Shown here in pieces: positions 25,812 to 37,520 of a stretch of DNA of 64,000 bases. The notes beneath the pieces were generated by a model, which was given only the letters and a program-made list of their open reading frames with translations, searched no databases and was not told the DNA's origin. Origin of the DNA: Marsupella aquatica (taxonomy: Eukaryota > Plantae > Marchantiophyta); assembly GCA_973895155.1 (NCBI GenBank), contig OZ316892.1, forward strand, positions 4,486,510 to 4,550,509. Reading direction: 5' to 3'. Position numbers and translations under genes: made by a program. Every line of letters starts with the position of its first letter. The first letter of the stretch is position 1.

Positions 25812-28285
25812 TTATCGAGGGGCATCCTTGCTCAGAAATGAAGGTGTCAAAGCCTGTATAAAAGCTGTAAATGCAGAAATTTTCCATGTTTCAGAATGTA
25901 ATGCGATCAGCCCACTCTCATCTGTTGTGTAAGTAGTAGTCCCTGCACAGTAGACAACTTCAGATCAGATAAGCAACGTGGGCTTGCGACAGACTTCTGT
26001 GGTGCAATTAATGTTAGTCATCTACAACAGACTCACTTGCTGCTTTTACAAGCAGAGAAAGCAGAGAACGAACAAATGGAACAAAAAGCGAAAACTCCAG
26101 TTACAACTACAGCCTCACGAAGCAGAGACCGCAGTTATCCATAGTGGAACTCAGCTAAGCAGCCTTTGGAGGCATGCGACTGTAGTTTCATTCACTGACC
26201 TTCGTATGGTGGGATGTAAGGGCGCCATGGCAATTTCATGTACCTAGCAAAACCAAGGGTTTTCAGGCCAGAGTAAGTTTAGTCCCAAATCCAAAAGACG
26301 ACAGAACACACTCACATCAAGTTGATGTGACCTAGTGGTTGATTTCGAACAAATGAATTCTATCAAGTGCGCATCCACCAAAAGAGCACACGATATTTTT
26401 CGTCTGCCGTGGACACTGGCTTCTTTTCTGCAGCGTCAGCTACACCACGGTGGCCAACAACTTTAACGAAGCGTCAAAGGGCAACCCTATCCAGGTAAGC
26501 ATCAGTTAAAGGAGTACAAAAACTACCCTCTGAGCCTCCAGTCGACTTGAACAGTGCGAGGCCCTGTGACTTCAATATTTATGATCTCGTGCTTTGATGT
26601 ATCCGGCTCAAACAAGAACTGAAGAGCTGTAGTGTACTTCTTCACTCCTTCGATATCTATGGTAGGATCTTGGAACCTACATCAAAATCCCAAAGCCCAA
26701 CGAAGGTTTGAAAACTCGCGTCCGCCCCAACACAGTTTGTGTAGCCCAGGGGAATAGACTGTATGCTGGGAATCCGTTGAACTGAATTGCATTTTATTCA
26801 CGTTTTTTCACGCTCTTGACCAACTTCAGATTGCAGGGGACACTGTCAGAAAGACTCAAATCAGGGTTGGAGGAAGAATATACCTGCAATTTTCTTTGTA
26901 AATGCTCTCAGTTAGATTACCAGTCACTGGATATTGTCTCTCTATTATATCAGCTTCAATTATTTTCTGTTTTCACCAAGACAAGGTAAGTAAGGAGAAC
27001 CTGGTCAAATTCTTTCTGCGTCAAGAGAATGCTGTTTTCTAACAGATGTGAAACAAATTCCCTGAAGGTGTTTTTTCCTGTTTGAAGGTTTTCAAAGGCG
27101 CTGACCCATTTTCAGGTTCCAATTGAAGATTCAGGAAGATAATACTACAGCTTACAGCCCGCTCACCTTGACCTCTTCTATTGGACGGTTGGTTTGTTTA
27201 GCTTCGGTTGCTCCAATTTCAGGACTAAATAGCAAGTTGATTCCTCCTGACCCAGCCAATGCAGTAATTCCAGCCAAGACAGCCTCCCTTCTTGAGATAC
27301 TCTTTGCTCCATCAGAGCCTCCATCCACTGCAGCACTTTATGTCACACAGTCAAAGCCTGAGAAAGAGAATAAAGGACTGAAGATAGTCCTGGAACGTGT
27401 TATTTAATATATGCCCACGTCCCCTCTATTGAGTATCTTGGACGACGTGACAAGAACTCAAATTTTTATTAATTTCGTCATAAAATGCCGAACTCAAATG
27501 TAAAGACCTCGTCTGCAAGAGGGGTACATCAACTTGAAAGAAATCGTAGACAACATTCAAGGATTGCATCCTATTAATTGAGAAACGGATGAACAAGGTT
27601 AGACTTCATTGAGCACAGTGCATGGCTAGGACCTGGCGGAGACAAAGAATACAAAGGGACAATTCAAAATGAACCCATAACGATAGAACTTATGTACTGC
27701 AATTCACAATCAGACTTCACCCTTGTCAAACTCTGGTTTCTCTGGGTCGACTTGTACTAACCAGTTCCAAAGGGAGCTGAATACAATCCACGCCCCTTTG
27801 TGAGATTGTATTGAATTACAATGCCTTCGATTGAATTGAATCGAATTGAATTCTGTTGAGCTGATGTTGATCGAATACAAGTGATTGGATTGAATTGAAT
27901 TGAATTGAATTGAATTGAATTGAATTGAATTGAATTGAATTGAATTGAATTGAATTGAATTGAATAAATTGGATTGAAATGAAGTGGACTGGATGGAAAA
28001 GGGACCCGGCTAAGCTTTACTGAGCAACGGCTCCTATCAGGCAGAGAAATAGAAGGCAAAGAGGGACGTACAATGAGGCGAAGAAGAACGGGAATAAGTT
28101 GAGCGCACAACGATCTCCCGAGCTACCACTGCTGCTGGTGTGCAACTCACAGTTGCATCAGAAGAAGCAGCTACGACCGAATGCAGTGGGTGGCGCCGAG
28201 GTGGGTTGATGCTCTGGCGCACCTTGTTGCGATGGAGCAGCCCGGGAGAAGCCAAAAGTGAAGGTTGTAAAATTGACGACGCCAT
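25812..28285 (-). CDS. Plastid DUF2358 / NTF2(SnoaL)-like protein with bipartite transit + twin-arginine signal
   Basis: Exons 28072-28285, 27167-27327, 26884-26966, 26527-26676, 26200-26243 and 25812-25942 join in frame; a possible optional micro-exon lies at ~27721-27756. Motifs QYPVTGNLTESIYKENCRFQDPT, VDWRLRGYMKLPWRPYI and GTTTYTTDESGLIALHSETW. Mostly missed by the ORF track. Confidence 0.85.
27888..27965. repeat. (GAATT)n microsatellite in intron 1 of the DUF2358 gene
   Basis: Pure run of TGAAT/GAATT pentamers. Confidence 0.97.
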
Positions 28286-31200
28286 AGCCAATCAGCCTGC
28301 CAGCAAGTTCACTACTGTATGGGAATTCCTCACCTCACCACACCGCGCAACCCATCGTCTCCTCTTTCTAGTGTATCCTATAGCCTATGCTCTCCTATAA
28401 GGGCTTTATTTTCTGCCTTGAAACTGAAAGACTATCCACGAGCTTAATGGCCATCTTTATTTTTCTCTTTGAACTTTTCGAAGTCATTTGGATCATCTAT
28501 TATGATGGTTCTCCCAACTTTTACTCAAATTAGTAAGACTAGAAATCTCCAGGCCTTTCATTGTACTGGGGTCTAAAATCAGAGCATTATGGCAATAACA
28601 GCCCTCAAAACTAGAGCTGAAGCGCCCATTTTGGGGGTATAATAACCCACTATGCATTGTGAACAAAACTTTACTAGATGTGTCCTGAGCACTTGAGGGC
28701 AATAAGAGTCTCTCAAAACTTAAGCTGAAGCTCTCATTTTTTGTGTCCTATAACCTACAATGCATTGCAAACAGGGCTTTATTATATACTGAAGTGCCTT
28801 CAAGATTTTTCTCTTTGTAGTTTTCAGTGGTATGGTTATATTGTGTCTAGAAACAGATTTTTGTTGTCCATCTCTTTTATACTTTGCAATGTGGATATTC
28901 ACTTTTGGCAGGCAGTACTGAAGCGATACAGTTGATAAATAAAATCCCGTGTTACTGACAGGGGACCTTCATAAGCCAGATCGGTATCCAGACAATAATG
29001 TTTTGCCATAGAAAGGCCTTGGTCAAAATGAGAATTGTTGTCACAATTCTTTGATGGTCGGTCAATGTATTACTGTCTCTAGGTTTGAAATGATGAGTGA
29101 GCCAGCCAGGCCATGCAGGTCTGTTTGGTACATGGTGACCTGAAAAGTCCACAAATTAATCTTAAAAGACTTACTAGCCCCTAAGCGTCAGGTGCAACAA
29201 AACTGTCTGCTAATAGTATCACTTGGTATAAGGCAACAAAAAATACTTTCTCCCAATTGATGGAAAAAACCCTCTTTAAGGCCGCACGTGCATAGAGAGG
29301 CACATTCCATCAAAAGTCCTATAATTGATAATTTGTACAAATAAGTTGAAGAGCATCTTCATATTGGAGATCTTCTTTGACCCAAGAGGGTTGTATCTGT
29401 GTGAGATTGTGTTTAGACAACATCAATGAGTTCAGAATCTTTGTGGAATGTTATTGATTTCTACCCCTCACAATTGCGTCCAGGTAATTGCACATCAAAA
29501 TATGATACTATATCGTGTACGATGTCATTCATAACATGTCTTGTTAAAATGAGGGAGTCGGTGTTATTCTGAATATGTGAGTGTGGATTGGTGTACGATT
29601 GTAATTACTGAGACGCCTCACAACGTGTTGATCAAAGACGACATTCAGAACGGCAAGCCCATGATCATCTAACGCACAAGAAATCAACACAGAAAGATAC
29701 ATGGTTCACCTTAGCTAAGGCTATGTCCATGGGAATGCATGAGAGCTTTACCGCACTCTAGGCTTGTTGGTCATACCAAGTCTCAGCAGTACAAGATCTC
29801 TCCTTTCTCTCAACTGACTTGTAACAATGAGCATATCCCCAGAAATGCCAGTGAAATCACTGAGCCCTTTTTGTGGCACCCAACTCACATGAGGAGGATG
29901 GTTAAGACATCATGGTCAATAAGGCCATGCATGGTGAGAGAGAGAGGCATAATGGAAGATCACATTTTGCACAACTGAGGGGACTTTAAGGGATCTGTCT
30001 ATGAAATATTAGACTACATGAGAACATATGAAGGTACATTTTATCCCGTTTGTGTGATACTTGTAAATATGTAAAACTTTTAAATAATTAAGGGTTTTGC
30101 AAAAAATATTACTTTTCAGATCTAATGCACTACCTCAAAACCTCACCAAAGTAATATTATAAGGGGTACTAGGGGAGGGTCTGTTCACAGGTGCTTTATA
30201 GGGCTTTCCAGCCATTTTATGGGAGACATATGCTTGATGGACCCCCTAGGTGAAAAATCTGCAGTGATAATAATTCATCTATTACAATTTGGACTCCCAT
30301 CTCAAAATCTGTAGGCCTAGTTCTTGTGTGGTGCCTTATTTGGAAGCTCACCTTTTCAGCCTAACCATGTCACTCAAGGCAATAGCATAGTACAGCTTAC
30401 AGGCTACCCAGCTGTGCTCTGCATGCAGTGGGAAGCCTACCACAGGATGCTCTTCATGGTCGCCTAATGTTTTCTTGAAGACATGATGGATTACGTCATC
30501 AGCTGGTTTTTGAACTTTAAGGCTTGGTGAGGTACGGGTATGGAACTGAACAACTTCTGCACAATAGGCCACAGCCAAACAGGGCCGTAAGTGAGGTATG
30601 GCCAAGGACATTAACTGGTTTATGGCAAGGACAAAACTTTACAGGCTACCTAAATACATGCCCTGTAAAGATCAGACATCCAAAAATCATAGCCATACGG
30701 CAAATTTTCGTGTGGAAGTGATTTTTGACTCGCCCTATTGGGAATTGCTATTTTCTCATGGATTTAAGCTGAGACAAAGGTGGGGCGGGGTCTGACACTA
30801 GACAAGGCAGTGAAGAATAGGGCTTTTACGAGGCAGAGGCAAAGGTAGAGGCAGAGGTAGAGGCAGAGGCAAAGGTAGAGGCCATCTGTGGACTTTTTTG
30901 AACTTCCACATGGATGTTGTATTCAAGTGTCTTAAAAAACCCTAAACCCTAAACTTACCACAATTTGGGGGCTCCCAGGCTAACTTTGTAATCACAGAAT
31001 TTGTTTGGACGAGGTAAAAGGTCCTTTCTGGGAAAAAAAAACATGGATGTTGTCTTCATGTGGATACTAAGCACAACTTTGGGGCTCCTATATTGTTTAA
31101 TACAACCTACATCATGTGAACCTGTATCACGGAGGTTGTCACCCTGCGACACTTACCAACTTAGAGAGATAGACAAGTAAACATCAAAGCAATTGCAGAT

Positions 31201-31590
31201 ACACATGGAATAGAATTGAGGCTTACCTACCTAGAGACATAGACAAGTAAATGAAAACCCTAAACCCTAAGAAATTGTGGATACACATGGAATAGAGCTG
31301 CATGCAGTAATTTGCATGAACTGGTAGAATCTGTTACACATTGAACAAGAGAATTGCATCTTGCCTAAAAGATTACACTCTGAAATTTTTGAAGTTCAAT
31401 GACACTGGAGACTTGAAAGTTGAAGCACCCCCTCTTCTTGGGTTTTGGGGGTGGAACTGTCCCTGCCTTGAGGGCGCCTCTTGTGGCCCTTTGTTCCTAT
31501 CAGCTTGGGTGGTTTTGACCGTCGTCCTAGTACTAAGCCTTTATTCAAACCAAACAAAACCAAAAAAAGTCTCTTTAGTGTTGCATTTTA

Positions 31591-32241
31591 GAGCATCTCC
31601 ACCCGTACTGGAAAAGTGGCTGGCACTGCCATTGCTTGAGCGTTATCCACGGGTATTGTCACAATGGCTAAACCTGCCATAACTTGAGGCTCCCACCCGT
31701 GACCCCACAGTAAAAATTTGGGGTGGCTGTGGCCCAAACTGCACCAATGGGCCGCCACTTTTGGCATATGAAAATGGCTAAAAATGCCATAACTTGAGCC
31801 TCCACCCGTGACCCCCACAGTTAAAATTTGGGGCGGCGGTGTCCCAAACTGCACCACGGGGCCGCCAGTAGAGCAATCTTTCCACCAAAAGGTCCCCACT
31901 ACAAAATCCAAAGAAAGTCTGGCCATGCATTGCCAGATATTGTGTACACAAATCTCAGTATACAAAGAACGTCAGGCCATGCATTGATATTGTGTGTACA
32001 CAATTGTCAATATATCCAAAGAAAGTCTGGCCATGCATTGCGAGATATTGTGTACACAAATCTCTGGCTAGTGTCCTTCCAACAAGCTCGACTACTCTGC
32101 AACTTCACTGTGCACTTTAATGGGCGCAACAAGTGGTGAAGCTGTTCGTATTTGGCTGGAGCGCTGAATTCCCGGGCCTCCAAATGACCTGCCTGAAATG
32201 TGGTATAGAGGTCCACTGTCGCCATACTCGTGGACATGCTC
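31591..32241. mobile_element. PIF/Harbinger (Tourist-like) non-autonomous MITE, 651 bp
   Basis: Left TIR GAGCATCTCCAC and right TIR GTGGACATGCTC (11/12 match). TTA lies on both flanks (31588-31590, 32242-32244). Internal tandem repeats of ~110 bp x2 and ~55 bp x3. Confidence 0.8.
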
Positions 32242-32546
32242 TTAAATTAGGGGTTTTGTCCCTCTTTCTAGGTTTTCACCTGCCTCACTGAGTGGTGGGA
32301 AACCTGGATTTGTACAACTTGTACCCAATTGGGCTTTTCTGGGTGTAATGTACTTCACATTCCACTCTACGCCTTTTCTTCTAAAACGGATTCTAAATCA
32401 AAGAATTCCTGTAAACTAAGCTTCACATCAGGTCAATTCAAGATGATGCGGCCATGAATTTTCAGTCTCCGTGTTGATATACATACAAGTTGGATTTCTC
32501 TCACTGACGAACTACCGTTCCTACAAACTCAGGTGCTTGCTCTACA

Positions 32547-34223
32547 CTACGTGACCACCTCGAGCACTTGAACGACGCCCTCCGAATTGGCTGCCACGAG
32601 AGAATAGTTGTCACCATGCTCCCGCCAGCAGACAGCCCCTACGTATGGTTTTGCATATCCTACCGTGCCATAGTATCCTGGACTTTGGCCTGGAAATTTT
32701 TCATTCAGATGAGGTTGGGAACATGAATCTCTATACACGAACACCTCATTGGTTTCAGACCCACAGGCGACGATGCTGGCACCTCGGTGTATGGAGAGAC
32801 CCACGAAATGTCGGAGGTTGGTGTGTGCACCCAATGTTCTCACTGGGTGTTGCATTGTATCACTGTCATCGAATGAAGACTGCTTGACAAGCAGTCGACC
32901 ATCGTGCGCTTCTACATCTCGCAAAGGTGCTGAGATGTCCCACACCTTCAAGCTGCTGTCGATAGAAGCCGACACTAGTTTATCCTTGCCCAGGAACCGC
33001 ACATAACTGACTGCCCTATCGTGGCCGCGAAGCTTCAGCAGCGGCGACTGGGCACTCCGAAGATCATACACGTACACTAGGGAGTCCGCAGAGGCGACGG
33101 CAATGCGATAATCTGCAACCGGGCTAAATTCCGCTGAGCAGATCGAGTTGCCGCTACCTGGCCTCAGGACGAAGACGCTCTTGTCTATTCCTCTACTCCA
33201 CACACGAACGGTTCCATCTGCCGAGGATGATGCTGAAAGGGTTGGAGACACCCTGCTATAATCCAAACTCCATACTCGCTGTCCACAATGCTCATACTTT
33301 TCACTCACTGTGTGCCCGTGTTCAAGATTCCACTCCATGACAACACCATCGTAATCTCCACAGCCTATCACCTCTGATCCATCTGGACGCCACTTCAAAC
33401 TACTGAGCTTTCCCGGTGTGCAAATTTCGCCTGCGCCTGCGTATTCGTGGTCGCGAGCATAAGAACTCCTCCGCCTTCTGCTAGACGATCTCCGATGGTC
33501 ATGATCATCGTCTTCATCTGAGGAGTCCTCGTCCGATGACTCACTAGTCGCTTCACTCGCACTGACCATTTTCTCGTAGGAACAAATGCGAATTTTCCTT
33601 GCAATGCCTCCAGTGGCAAAAAAGTTCCCATCGTGATTGAAGTCAATAGTACCGATAACGTCCGATGCCAGGAGAGAAGGGCTCGTGCATCTAGAAGACG
33701 CCAAGACTCGGAACTTCCAACCTTCGTCACCTTGCATTCCTCTCTCCCGCTTAGATCGCATGGGATCAGTTCCATTTTGGTTCGGGCGAACACAAATAGT
33801 ACTCGCTGTTCCTCGATCTGAATTCTCTATCACGTCTTCAGTCGTGTGTGAAGTCTTTGACACCAAGGGGGAATTCTCAAACGACGAGGAGCTTTCATAT
33901 TGAGAGGCCGCCAGCGGTTTTGAAACACGAGGCCGGTGAGAGCAGGAGATGAATTTTCGTCGTTTGAGATGGGGGGAATCGGGCTCGAAATTCCAGAGTG
34001 CGTCAGAATGCATCCATTGTACGCTATGAGAGTTGTATTGTGTCAGAGTCGAGGGTAAAGCTGGCATGGTCCGCCGCCCAGCAACTCCACACGACACAGG
34101 GAGGCGGAACTTACGTTTTTTACTGTCAACAAAGGCTCCAAGAATCTGTCTAGATGTGTATCTCAGAAACTCCGATTCCTGATGACCGCTGACGTCGTTG
34201 GCCTGTTCACAAGAACTGATCAT
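32547..34223 (-). CDS. RUP: RUP (REPRESSOR OF UV-B PHOTOMORPHOGENESIS)-type WD40 protein, COP1/SPA WD40 family
   Basis: Single long ORF with first ATG at 34223. SDVIGTIDF..ATGGIARKIR, ICTPGKLSSLKWRP, GDYDGVVME, GHDRAVSYVRF and HFVGLS..ACGSETNEVFVY resemble RUP1/RUP2. No RING or kinase domain seen. The true start is uncertain. Confidence 0.88.
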   Translation of the reverse strand: MISSCEQANDVSGHQESEFLRYTSRQILGAFVDSKKRKFRLPVSCGVAGRRTMPALPSTLTQYNSHSVQWMHSDALWNFEPDSPHLKRRKFISCSHRPRVSKPLAASQYESSSSFENSPLVSKTSHTTEDVIENSDRGTASTICVRPNQNGTDPMRSKRERGMQGDEGWKFRVLASSRCTSPSLLASDVIGTIDFNHDGNFFATGGIARKIRICSYEKMVSASEATSESSDEDSSDEDDDHDHRRSSSRRRRSSYARDHEYAGAGEICTPGKLSSLKWRPDGSEVIGCGDYDGVVMEWNLEHGHTVSEKYEHCGQRVWSLDYSRVSPTLSASSSADGTVRVWSRGIDKSVFVLRPGSGNSICSAEFSPVADYRIAVASADSLVYVYDLRSAQSPLLKLRGHDRAVSYVRFLGKDKLVSASIDSSLKVWDISAPLRDVEAHDGRLLVKQSSFDDSDTMQHPVRTLGAHTNLRHFVGLSIHRGASIVACGSETNEVFVYRDSCSQPHLNEKFPGQSPGYYGTVGYAKPYVGAVCWREHGDNYSLVAANSEGVVQVLEVVT

Positions 34224-35049
34224 GTCAACTCGCTCCGCATGAGGGCTGCGGGACTTGCAGAGGCAGAAGATGGCTATTACACAGAACCTGATGAACAAGT
34301 CAAGGCCAAGCGATACCGTGCAATACTAAAGCACAGCTTTCCTATATTTTCCATTCTATTTGATGTAATCCCTTGAGAAAACAGATTAAATCTATTGGAA
34401 CATATTCAACGCGAGGTCAGCTAATACTCGGAAGGGTAAATCGCGACGGATACTCAAGGACAAGGCAACAACACGGCATCTTTTATCACAGAGCTGATAA
34501 TAACAAGTTGTCTACGGGATGAGATTGCTATATTGACTCCCAGAGAAGTAATGCTCCTTAAAGTTATCTTTTTTCCCGCTGAATAGCCGATCGAGGCTGT
34601 CGACAAATCCGTTCCTCACGAACGTTTCACCATTTACACTAATCTCCCGCTCAGAGGACCTACATTTGTGAGAGAAATCGAGGGGAAGTCAGAGGGAGTA
34701 AGCGTGAGCATACCATGTTCACACAGTGAAGACGACCGTCACAAGGCCTGGATCACTCTCATGCCCCCGAGGGTGGCATTTTTCTTGAATCAATAACTTG
34801 TGTTGCTCCGTAGTTATGTCACTCGGCAAGCTTGGTCCATGCCCTCGAGAGAGCTGTGTATAGAACTCCCCGCCAAATCAGCTCCTCTCTACAATTATGC
34901 TAGCTCAGCGAGTCAAAAGAGTCCCAGATTCGATTGTTCGTGGGGCCGCGGTGCCGCATGCTCTCGAGGAATACATTTTCTGCAACAAGAAATCTTTCCC
35001 CAACTAACGGAACACTGTGAAGCTACACCCGCCGCGCGTTTCCGAGCAA

Positions 35050-35979
35050 GACGTGGTCTGCAGGAACAACGCTAGCCTCATTACTGGACCAAGCAGCCCC
35101 GCACCCGCCTTCCAATAGGAACGGAGTACGAGCACTCTTGTTCTTCCGCTCCTCGATTCTCCTAAAAATAACGGAACGCATCCGCTGTCACAGCGGGACA
35201 CGTTCCTGATATCGCTCACCACAAGCCCCTAGAATCGCTCCCGTGCCCTTCTGTAAGCTGTCTGTTGGTCGCTTAAGTCGACGTGGTTGACGGATGTGAT
35301 CCACTCCGTGAAATCGGTAGTAATGACGGACAGGCGAACGGTCGCTGATGAACAAAGGCACAGCTCCTGACGATCCCACAGAATGATCATGTTCGGGACG
35401 GAAGCTGCAGGACACTACTCTCCTTTACACCAAAACAGCCATCGTCATGCGTAAGGCTCGATCATTACTCAAGTAGGCTGCGTAGGCCGTCCGGGTAGGA
35501 GCCATCCGCCCGTCCCTGTTGCAGCAGCGAGCCTGCGAGCGAGGAAATCAGGAAACCATTAAAATAATCGAGCTCATAGCGGACTGATGCTGCTCACGGT
35601 ACATCGCGACTCCTGACCTATGTGGACTGACCTGCGTCGTTCTTTGGGATCCTCAATTGCTCACATTCCTCGGATTGACACGCAGTGCGGCCAACCAGCG
35701 AGCCCGTAAATCCTCTGTCTGGAGGGATCGGGAATCTTGCGAAGACGACGACTTCGCTCCTCAATGAGGGATCAATCTGCAGTAAGTTCTGGTCCGAATT
35801 TCGATTCGCCAGCCTCTTTCCAGAGACCTTCCTCGGTTGCGACCTCGATGGATTGCGTCCACGACCAATGGCGATCCGGTTAATGGTCTGCAATCTGGCC
35901 AGCAAGGCCCTCATGATTGACGGACATCGCGTGCAACAAAAAGCTTCGCGACAGAGCTTTCGATTGCCGAGGACGTGGC
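35050..35979 (-). promoter_or_regulatory. Three C/G-box (GACGTGG) elements upstream of RUP
   Basis: GACGTGG at 35050, 35280 and 35972. bZIP/HY5-type ACGT elements are known in UV-B-induced promoters; function here is inferred. Confidence 0.3.
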
Positions 35980-36227
35980 GTTCGATTTCTCGACTCATCG
36001 AAGACGACGACTCGTGGACGACGCGGACTGGATCCGACAGCGCGTCAGGGATCACACCCCCCTGTTACCTGTTGATTACAGGAGCCCAAGGGATATTATT
36101 TTTTTCTTTTTCGCCTGTGTCATGTCACCCAGTGTATTTTTTATGGTTATATTATTTTATGGTTTTTACGTTTTCCCAGAGTGGCGAATGTCGTGAAAGA
36201 GAATATGCTCAAAATATTACTTATTTT

Positions 36228-37520
36228 ATGATCTCCCTGGCCGTCAGATTTACTCAGATTTAAGGATGGCCGTTAGATTGTGGCTAATGGGACCTGTGAT
36301 TGGGTGGAACACTGACTATTGAGACAGAAAATGACTAACTATTTTTTGCCAAACATGGCGAAAGCTTTTTGGGGAGCTGGGATTTGGCAAATTTTTGCCA
36401 CTAAAAAAAGCGCTAAAAAATGCTGATGGCTAGAGGGCACTTGAGATGCTAAAGAAAAATCAAGATTTGCTTTTCTCAGACTAATTCTGTACCGTCAGAT
36501 CTCCCTAGAATTAAGGATGACAGCTGGATTCTGGCTAATTGGGTTTGTGGCTAGGTGGGATGCCCTCGAGATGCTAAAGAAAAATCAAGATTTGCTTTTC
36601 TCAGACTAATTCTGTACCGTCAGATCTCCCTAGAGTTAAGGATGACAGTTGGATTCTGGCTAATTGGGTTTGTGGCTAGGTGGGATGTCCGCGAGATGCT
36701 AAAGAAAATCAAGATTTGTTTTTTTAGATTAATTTTGTACCATCAGATCTCCTCTATTTAAGGGTGATGGTTAGATTCTGGCTTATGGGGTTTGTGGCTA
36801 GGTGGGATGCCCTTGAGATGCTAGAGAAAAATCAAGATTTTCTTTCTTTAGATTAATTTTGTACCATCAGATCTCACTCCATTTAGGGATGATGGTTACA
36901 TTCTGGCTAATGGGGGGTTTGTGGCTAGGTGTGAATCTGGCTAATGGACTAAAGAAAATCTAGTCCTCAAAATATTCAAGATTTTTTCTTAGATTAATTG
37001 TTGACCGTGAGATCTCCCTAGATTTAAGGATGACAGCCAGATTCTGGCTGATGGGGGTTGTAGCTAGGTGGGAAACTGAGTGCCCTCGAGATGCTAAGAG
37101 ATTCATTTTTGCCTATCAGGTATCCCTAGATTTAAGGCTGACAGTTAGATTCTTATTGATGGGGTTTGTGGCTAGGTGAGAAACTGAGGGCCCTCGAGAT
37201 GCTAAGAAAATTCAAGATTGCTTTTCTTAGATTAATTCTTGACCATAAGATTTCCCTAGATTTTAAGGATGACAGTCAGATTCTGGCTAGTGGCCTAGGT
37301 GGGAAAGTGGGTAATGGACTAGGAAAATATTGTGGGAAAGATCCTAGAGAGATGGGAGAGTATCATGTAACCCAGATAGTCGAGATGCTAAGAGTACTCA
37401 AGGGTTGCTTTTCTTAGATTAATTGTTTACCATTTCAGATCTCCTAGATTTAAGGATGTCAGTCAGATTCTGGCTAATGGGGTTTGTGACTAGGTGGGAA
37501 ACTGGCCAATGGACTAGAAA
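36228..37520. repeat. Satellite-like tandem array, ~125-bp unit, about 9 copies
   Basis: GAGATGCTAAAGAAAAATCAAGATTTG...CAGATCTCCCTAGA.TTAAGGATGACAG.TGGATTCTGGCTAATTGGGTTTGTGGCTAGGTGGGA at 36443, 36568, 36693 and 36815, with more diverged copies beyond. Confidence 0.92.

Noticed and set aside
27757-28110. 117-aa ORF with (IQFNS)n
   Set aside because: It is the translation of an intronic (GAATT)n microsatellite.
30938-31270. AAACCCTAAACCCTAA telomere-like motifs (also near 7512 and 37787)
   Set aside because: Only about two units each; these are common interstitial motifs, not a telomeric array.
35618-36263. 145-aa and 192-aa overlapping ORFs
   Set aside because: GC-rich region upstream of RUP with no recognisable domain; probably promoter or leader sequence.
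36228-37520. Regularly spaced repeats here, at 48737-49390 and at 59560-59940 as CRISPR-like arrays
   Set aside because: Whole units repeat with no unique spacers, there are no cas genes, and the context is eukaryotic.
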